A DNA stretch of 64,000 bases from a bacterium (lineage in GTDB: Bacteria > UBA8248), in the NCBI GenBank assembly GCA_965200245.1, contig CBDATS010000004.1:864001-928000 (forward strand). The letters run 5' to 3'. Below are positions 57,827 to 64,000 of the stretch, one piece after another. Within the stretch, counting starts at the first letter, position 1. Each line of letters opens with the position of its first letter. The notes beneath the pieces were generated by a model. It was given only the letters and a program-made list of their open reading frames with translations, searched no databases and was not told the DNA's origin. The translations under genes and the position numbers were made by a program.

Positions 57827-59356
57827 CTATTCGGCGGAACTCCCGCCAGTCAGTCCGAGCCGTGCCGCCCGGAACATCGAGGCCATGCTGTAAACCGCGG
57901 TGATGAGGGATAGCACAAGTATAGTCGCCGTGATGGGGCTGGTCAGGAGCTGCCCGATATCTCCCCCCGAGATCGTGAGCGCGCGGCTCAGGTTGATCTC
58001 GATGATCGGACCCATGATGAAAGCGAGCACGATGGGCACGACGGGAATGTTGATCTTCTCGAAGAAATAAGCGAGCGCGCCCAGAATCAGCACCATGACG
58101 ACGTGGGCCGTGTAGTTCGCATAAACGTAGCTGCCGACGACGATGAGAATCAGGACGAACGGCCCCAAGATGCGGCGGGGCACCTTGGCGACGAGGCTGA
58201 AGGCACGGGTGCCGACAAGGCCCGTGCCCAGGAGCATGAGGTTGATCACGAAAAGGCCGATGAACACCGTCATCACAAAGGTTCCGTTGTCCCGAAAGAG
58301 CAGCGGGCCGGGAACCAGACCCTTGCTGATCAGTACACCCAGAAGAATCGCCGCTCCGCCCGAGCCAGGAATTCCGAGCGACAGCGAAGGCACGAGCGTC
58401 CCCGCGACGAGGGCGTTGTTCGAACACTCGGGCGCGGCGACACCTTCGATGACGCCGGTACCGAACTTATCCGATCGTTTCGACCATCGCCTCTCCTCGC
58501 TGTAGGCCAGCATACCGGCGATGGATCCACCCGCTCCCGGCACGGCGCCGACTCCCGTTCCGATGAGGCTCGCGCGAATCCAGGTGGGGATGAGCCTGCG
58601 GACCTCCGCCGGCAGGATACGGTTGCGTTCATCGGCGGTTCCTTGCTCGGCGGTCTCCTTGCTCTCAATCGTACGCCTGTGCTCCACCAGGAGGTTGAAC
58701 GCCTCAGGTCCCGCCAGAAAGGCAATGATGACGACGACAAGCGGGATGCCGTCCATCAGATAGCCCTGATCGAAGGTGAACCGAAGCCCCCCGAAACCCG
58801 AACTCCCGACCGTGGCCAGGAGCAGTCCGATTCCCGTAGCGAGAAAACCGCGTGCGGCGTCCTTTCCGAAAAAGCTCGCCACGATCGACAGACCGAACAC
58901 GCCGACCGCGAACAACTCGCCCGGTCCGAACATCAAAGCGACGTGGCCGAGCGAGGTTCCTGCAATGATGAAGACCAGCGTACTCGTGACGCCTCCAATC
59001 ACGCCCGAGTAGAGGGATATACGGAGCGCCTTTCGCGCCAGCCCGTTGCGGGTCATGGCGTAGCCGTCGAGAACGGTGACGGCGGAAGCCCCCGTACCCG
59101 GCGTGCGAATCAGGATGGCCGGAATGGAACTCCCGTATTCGACGCCGGAATAGACGGCCAGGAAGAACATGGTCGCGTACTCCACGGGCATCTTGAAGGT
59201 CAGGGGGAAAAGAAGGGCCAGCGCCTGTGAACTGCCGAACCCGGGCATGGCCCCCATGAGGACGCCGACGGCGACTCCCCCGAGCATGATCGCAAGGATG
59301 GCGGGCGAGGCGAGTTGGCCAGTCGCTGCGAATATGTGCCCGAGAGTTCCTTCCAT
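57827..59356 (-). CDS. tctA: TTT large permease TctA
   Basis: GAMPG, AILIRTPGT, LDGY, GVAAPECSNNA, SLGIPGS, PGPLLF. Confidence 0.94.
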   Translation of the reverse strand: MEGTLGHIFAATGQLASPAILAIMLGGVAVGVLMGAMPGFGSSQALALLFPLTFKMPVEYATMFFLAVYSGVEYGSSIPAILIRTPGTGASAVTVLDGYAMTRNGLARKALRISLYSGVIGGVTSTLVFIIAGTSLGHVALMFGPGELFAVGVFGLSIVASFFGKDAARGFLATGIGLLLATVGSSGFGGLRFTFDQGYLMDGIPLVVVIIAFLAGPEAFNLLVEHRRTIESKETAEQGTADERNRILPAEVRRLIPTWIRASLIGTGVGAVPGAGGSIAGMLAYSEERRWSKRSDKFGTGVIEGVAAPECSNNALVAGTLVPSLSLGIPGSGGAAILLGVLISKGLVPGPLLFRDNGTFVMTVFIGLFVINLMLLGTGLVGTRAFSLVAKVPRRILGPFVLILIVVGSYVYANYTAHVVMVLILGALAYFFEKINIPVVPIVLAFIMGPIIEINLSRALTISGGDIGQLLTSPITATILVLSLITAVYSMASMFRAARLGLTGGSSAE

Positions 59357-59385
59357 CTGTCACTGCCCTTTCATCGATTACGGCT

Positions 59386-59934
59386 CTAGAGGATATAGAT
59401 CGGCAAGAATTTAAGCGGCAACGGGATGTTCAACATCGGCACCAGTCCCAGGTACAGGACGATCATCGTCACCAGGGACAACACGAATCCCAGCAACAGC
59501 GCTTCGCGCAGCACCGATTCCGCCCTCATGCGCGGGACCAGCAGACACATCATGAACACGATGGTCGTGATCTCGAAACCTATTGGCTCAAGCAGGACCG
59601 CGTAGATGTAAACGAGCGCTATGACAGAGGCGAACTCCACCCAATGCGCCTGGAGATATGGTTCCTCCCCGCCTCGGGCCTGTGCCGCCTGGGGCAGGAA
59701 AAACCCGCGTCCCAGGCTGATCAGCGCCCAGATAATCGAGAAGCCCAGAGCCAGGCGGGGGAAAAAGGCGTCGCCCGGATATCCCGGTTCGTAGGGAGGC
59801 TGCATCTTGTAGGTTTCGTAGTAGAGAAACGCGAGTCCCCCCAAAATGAGGGCGGTGGTGACCAGCACCACCGCCCTCATCGGAACCCTTAACTCATAGG
59901 GAGAGGACGCGCTGTTTCCTTCTTCTTCCGTCAT
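59386..59934 (-). CDS. tctB: TTT small membrane subunit TctB
   Basis: PGDAFFPR, LEPIGF, LNIPLP; lies between tctC and tctA. Confidence 0.85.
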   Translation of the reverse strand: MTEEEGNSASSPYELRVPMRAVVLVTTALILGGLAFLYYETYKMQPPYEPGYPGDAFFPRLALGFSIIWALISLGRGFFLPQAAQARGGEEPYLQAHWVEFASVIALVYIYAVLLEPIGFEITTIVFMMCLLVPRMRAESVLREALLLGFVLSLVTMIVLYLGLVPMLNIPLPLKFLPIYIL

Positions 59935-59983
59935 GTTCGCGCCTTGCCGACGGCAGAACTTCCCGCCGCCCGCTCAAAACCGT

Positions 59984-60969
59984 CTATTTCTTGATAATCT
60001 TGTGGTCAATCATGAATTGTTTCACGATCGCCTGGTTCTTCGCCATGTCCTTGTTGAGGAACTCCTGATCCGTCTTGACGTCCAGGACGATGTGCGTCCC
60101 CTTGGCAAGATAGTCCTTGTAGTCGGGCGAACTGGTCACCTTGTATACGGCCTCGCGAAGTTTCTTCAGGATCGGCGCCGGCGTCCCTCTACCATCAGGC
60201 CCTGCCAGTGGAGCGGGAGGTCGTATTTGAGACCGACTTCCACCGCGCTCCGGACATTCTTCCAAATCGGGTCGTGCGAGAGGCGCTTATGAGTCTGCGA
60301 GACGAGCGGACAGATGGTTCCAGCCTCGATATGCGGCCTCCACGTGCGCGGCGAGGCCTGCCCGCTGGGGAGATGGCCGCCGAGTACGTCCTTCACCACG
60401 TTGCCGTCGCCCCGGTAGAAGATCGTGCGGACGGCGTCCCCGATGCCTGCAGCCTTCAGAAAGGCGAGTTGATGACGGTGGTGCGTCGAACCCCTCTTGT
60501 TGGAACCCATCGACAGTTTGCCTGGGTTCTTCTTGGCGTAGGCGACGAGATCCTCGAACGTCTTGATTCCATACTTGTTGTTGCACTTCACCGCGACACC
60601 GTAGACGTGCTTCTCGACCTGGGCCAGCGTCTGGAAGTCGTCGTACGACCTCCTGTAGTGCGGCAAGTGGAAATACCCGTAGAAGCTGGCACTGATGTGC
60701 ATGATGATGTGCCCGTCGGCGGGCTTGCCCGAGACGTAGAGAACAGGCTCGTGCTGAGAGCCTCCGCTCTTGAAGGTCACACGCATGGGCACACCGAGCA
60801 CCTTTGGAAACTCCTGGGCGAGGAGTTGACACCAGACCGCCACGCTCGAACCCGGCGACGTGGTGCACACCAGTTCCATCGGCTTCGAGGGAAATTTCAT
60901 GGCCAGCGCCGGAGCACTCCATAAAACCAGAACGGCTGCTAGAACGAGGACGCGTTTGAAGAGCGACAT
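59984..60969 (-). pseudogene. tctC: TTT substrate-binding protein TctC, frameshifted near 60190
   Basis: Signal peptide, FPSKP, KPADGH, DVLGGH, HWQGLMV in one frame; GTPAPILKKLREAV...HKIIKK in another. Confidence 0.8.
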
Positions 60970-61211
60970 CGTTTTCCTCCTTCCGGGGAGTGGACATGAT
61001 AGGGTAGGTAATAAGCCCCACTACTTAGGGAGATTGATAAACCATACCAAGTATACCATTACCTTGATGAAGTTCACAACCGCGCCTTTTGGGGAGACCG
61101 ATTCGTATGCTCCGGAACAAAACCCGCAATCGAATTTATTTCTTGCGGGATGCAGGATTCGTGAAATGCAATAGAATGGGACGTTGTGAAGCGAGTACCA
61201 GGCTTCCGCCG

Positions 61212-62375
61212 TCACTCGGGTTTCCAGTCCGGCGCTTTTCCACAGGCGGCTGCAACCAGTGAGCGGGCGCGAATTCCGGGCGGCATGCCCTCGGGCTGGT
61301 AATTGGCACAGAAGCCGAATGCCATGTTCCTCTCCCTGTCGCAGAACGTGAACGCCCCGCCCGATCCGCCGTGGCCGAAGGCCTTCATGTTGCTTCCCAT
61401 CAATGTGTTGGGCGGGCAGTTGTGCATGAAACCGAGGCCCATTCGCCGAGGCGAGCCGGTCATGGCGCAGATGCCCTCCCACTGTATCCTGGAGAGTTGA
61501 TCCACCGTTTCGGGTTGCAGGAGTCGGACGCCGTCTATTTCCCCGCTGTTCGCCAGCATCGCATATACGCGCGCGATGGCACGGGCGTTGCCGTGGCCGC
61601 CCGAGGAAGGGTTCTCTCCCACGCGGTTCTCACGACAGTTCACCAGATCGACGTTCACCGGCCGGCTTTGCCACGCCCTGTTCAGCAGTGTGCCGGGCTT
61701 TTCTCCCAACTCCCAGAATTTATTTTCGGGGTTCCGGTGAACGGGCGCGACACGCGCGAGTTCTTCTTCTTTGAGCCCGACGTTGTAATCCGCGCCGAGC
61801 GGACCCGTAATCTCCTCTCGGATAAAGTCGCGGATTCTCTTGCCGCTCACCCGGCGGACGATCTCACCGTGGATGAACCCGTAGTTGATGGAATTGTACG
61901 CACCTTTCGTGCCCGCGGACCAGGCGGGTTCCTGGGCTGCGATCGCGGCCACCTGAGCCGGGTAATCGAAAAAGTCTCCGGGCTTTGCGGCGTCGCAGAA
62001 GATGACGCCGCACTGATGGCTGATGGTGTGCCGGAGGAGGATGTTTTCCTTGCCACGCTGGGCGAATTCCGGCCAATACCGCGCCACCGGTTCCTCCAGC
62101 GATACCTGCCCCCGGTCCACGAGCATGTGAACGGCAAGTGCGGTGATGCTCTTGGCGATGGAACTCATGAGCGTAATGGTGTCTTCGTTCCAGCGTTGCG
62201 TACGGGCTTCGTCCCGGTGACCTCCCCAGAGGTCCACGACTTTCTCGCCGTCCTTGTATACACAGACGGCGGACCCGATTTCGCCCCGGCTGACGAAATT
62301 CTCCCGAAAAACTTCTTCCACCGCAGAAAAATCGCTGTTGCAATGTCCCGCCACCTGAATATCGACAATATCCAT
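61212..62375 (-). CDS. Serine hydrolase, beta-lactamase class C / EstB-like esterase
   Basis: VVDLWGG, SSIAK (SxxK), YWPEF, AYNS, FGHGGSGG. Confidence 0.9.
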   Translation of the reverse strand: MDIVDIQVAGHCNSDFSAVEEVFRENFVSRGEIGSAVCVYKDGEKVVDLWGGHRDEARTQRWNEDTITLMSSIAKSITALAVHMLVDRGQVSLEEPVARYWPEFAQRGKENILLRHTISHQCGVIFCDAAKPGDFFDYPAQVAAIAAQEPAWSAGTKGAYNSINYGFIHGEIVRRVSGKRIRDFIREEITGPLGADYNVGLKEEELARVAPVHRNPENKFWELGEKPGTLLNRAWQSRPVNVDLVNCRENRVGENPSSGGHGNARAIARVYAMLANSGEIDGVRLLQPETVDQLSRIQWEGICAMTGSPRRMGLGFMHNCPPNTLMGSNMKAFGHGGSGGAFTFCDRERNMAFGFCANYQPEGMPPGIRARSLVAAACGKAPDWKPE

Positions 62376-62694
62376 ATTTTCCCGCCACCGTATGAAAATC
62401 CATTTTCATGTCCTGAATATGCCGCTCGAAAGTATTATGGGTTCATCGCAAAAAAACAAATGGAGAGAATTTCTCGCCATCGATCGAATGCCTCGGCTGA
62501 TACATGAGAAAGCTCCGGCACTGGCTCCCATCTGGAGGATTTTTCCATCTGAAGACTTTTCCGCGAGAGAGATGCAAAAGTCCTTCAAATCCTGTCTAAT
62601 GGCAGCATCATGAAAATTCAGGGGTGCCAGGAACCCGAGGCGAATGACAGGAGTTGCGGCGATTCGCATCAGGGATAACCAGAGGAAACCATAC

Positions 62695-63582
62695 ATGGCC
62701 GATAGCAGCGTGTTGTCCTACAGCGGCGTCACCGACCTGGGCGATGGCAGGGCCTATGCCCTGCACAACGTCTTCGAACTCGACGGTCGTATCAGCGCCT
62801 ATCCCAGAAGTGCCAGGGGATTCGCTCCCTCGAACTGCTATCTCCTGTGCGAGGAAGAAGGCGCGATCCTGCTCGACACGGGTTATGGCGGCCACAGACG
62901 CTCGCTGTTCGAGCAAATCGGATCCATCATCACGCCCGACACCCCGCTTTCGATCTACCCGCTCCGTCTCAACGAGTTCATGTCCGTCGGGAACGCGGCC
63001 GCGCTCGCAAGGGAGTTCAACGTCGTGGAGTGCCTCGCCCGTCGGCCCGACATGGATTTCTGGCTCGATTTCGACGTGCAGAAATTCGGCCCCAAGAGCG
63101 AGGAGGAGCAGATATTCCCGACGACAGTCCTCGGAAACGAACTTACCTGCCACGTAGGCTCCAACAGGAACCGCCTCATTCACGGCATCAACGCGCCCAT
63201 TCGTCTCATCACCACCATGTGGATATATGACGAAGCCACCCGAACCCTGTTCACCTCCGACATGTTCAGCCACGTCTGGGGAGATGACCCCGAAGGCCCC
63301 TGGGCAGTGGAAAAAGCCTTTACAACCTCTGCGTTCGTGCGATCGTTTCTGCTGAACACTCGATACTGGTGGCTCGAGGGCGTGGAAACCGGACCGGTCC
63401 GGGAGGGCATCGCCGACGTCTACCGAAGCCACGATATCGAAATCATCGCCCCCGGATACGGAGCCATCCTCCTCGGGCGTGAACAGGTCGAACATCAATT
63501 CTCGGTGCTTGACGAGGTACTGCGCGACCTCGATCGCTCCGTCGTCTCGCCGCGCTACGTTCCCCGCGACATGGAAAGGTAA
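62695..63582 (+). CDS. Metallo-beta-lactamase-fold protein, flavodiiron/ODP-like, with degenerate metal ligands
   Basis: NCYLL..AILLDTG, WIYDEATRTLFTSDMF, IIAPGYG (His replaced by Tyr); no HxExDH motif. Confidence 0.7.
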   Translation: MADSSVLSYSGVTDLGDGRAYALHNVFELDGRISAYPRSARGFAPSNCYLLCEEEGAILLDTGYGGHRRSLFEQIGSIITPDTPLSIYPLRLNEFMSVGNAAALAREFNVVECLARRPDMDFWLDFDVQKFGPKSEEEQIFPTTVLGNELTCHVGSNRNRLIHGINAPIRLITTMWIYDEATRTLFTSDMFSHVWGDDPEGPWAVEKAFTTSAFVRSFLLNTRYWWLEGVETGPVREGIADVYRSHDIEIIAPGYGAILLGREQVEHQFSVLDEVLRDLDRSVVSPRYVPRDMER

Positions 63583-63584
63583 CC

Positions 63585-64000
63585 ATGAACCCGAACGACA
63601 ACCCCCTGCCGCGTGAAATCGCTCCTGGCATTTTCTGGCTCGGCATCTGCCACGAACAACATCACAAGGGAAAGATCTATCACAGCTATAACGCTGCCTT
63701 TCTCCTTATCGGATCGGCTGGTTCGATGCTCATCGAAACCGGCCACCAGGGGGATTTCCCGATCGTCTCCCGCCAAGTGAGCGAGATACTCGACGAGCGC
63801 GGTTCCACGCTCAGGTACCTTTTTCTCTCCCATCAGGAAACGCCCCATGCGGGCGGGCTCGGCAGGCTGCTCGAAGCCTATCCTGAAATGACGGTCCACT
63901 GCGACGTGAGCGATTATCACCTCTCCTACCCCGAGCATGCGGAGAGGATGCAGCAAATGGAAATCGGTGACGAAATCAACCTGGGAGACAGGCGGTTCAT
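63585..64000 (+). CDS. Second flavodiiron/ODP-like MBL-fold protein, 3'-truncated by the window edge
   Basis: Translated by hand from ATG 63585: MNPNDNPLPREIAPGIFWLG...SYNAAFLL...LIETG...YLFLSHQETPHAGG...EINLGDRRF. Confidence 0.75.
   Translation, partial: MNPNDNPLPREIAPGIFWLGICHEQHHKGKIYHSYNAAFLLIGSAGSMLIETGHQGDFPIVSRQVSEILDERGSTLRYLFLSHQETPHAGGLGRLLEAYPEMTVHCDVSDYHLSYPEHAERMQQMEIGDEINLGDRRF

Overview
GC-rich bacterial chromosome segment, probably from a diderm (Tat signals, lipoboxes, TbpB-like lipoproteins). The gene inventory is reminiscent of marine host-associated metagenome bins, but that is inference only. In order it holds: rlmD (partial)-lexA-dinB, EamA, OsmC, uvrA; an SDR divergent from a TctCBA tripartite transporter and a MetE-like enzyme; hsp20 behind an AT-rich perfect palindrome; an internally deleted MmgE/PrpD gene; a lower-GC patch with two divergent TbpB-like surface lipoprotein genes around a decayed IS1595; a complete urtABCDE-ureABCEFGD urea cluster preceded by a large amidase; a HigB/HigA-IrrE toxin-antitoxin module; an alpha/beta-hydrolase, crotonase, CoA ligase and HmfE-like hydrolase; VOC, creatininase-family and CUT1 ABC genes; DUF3604-like, PuuD-like and MFS genes; an isonitrile hydratase; two tandem QueG/reductive-dehalogenase-fold Fe-S paralogs with a family III CoA-transferase; a second TctCBA; a serine hydrolase; and a tandem pair of flavodiiron-type metallo-beta-lactamase-fold genes. 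Five genes carry a single lesion each (three frameshifts, two in-frame TAG), four of them in exported proteins. The best candidate for an undescribed system is the 53.5-64 kb catabolic block (paired cobalamin/Fe-S-fold reductases, CoA-transferase, TTT, esterase, paired di-iron-fold proteins). No tRNA, rRNA or CRISPR array was seen. All family assignments are from motif recognition by eye, with no database searches.
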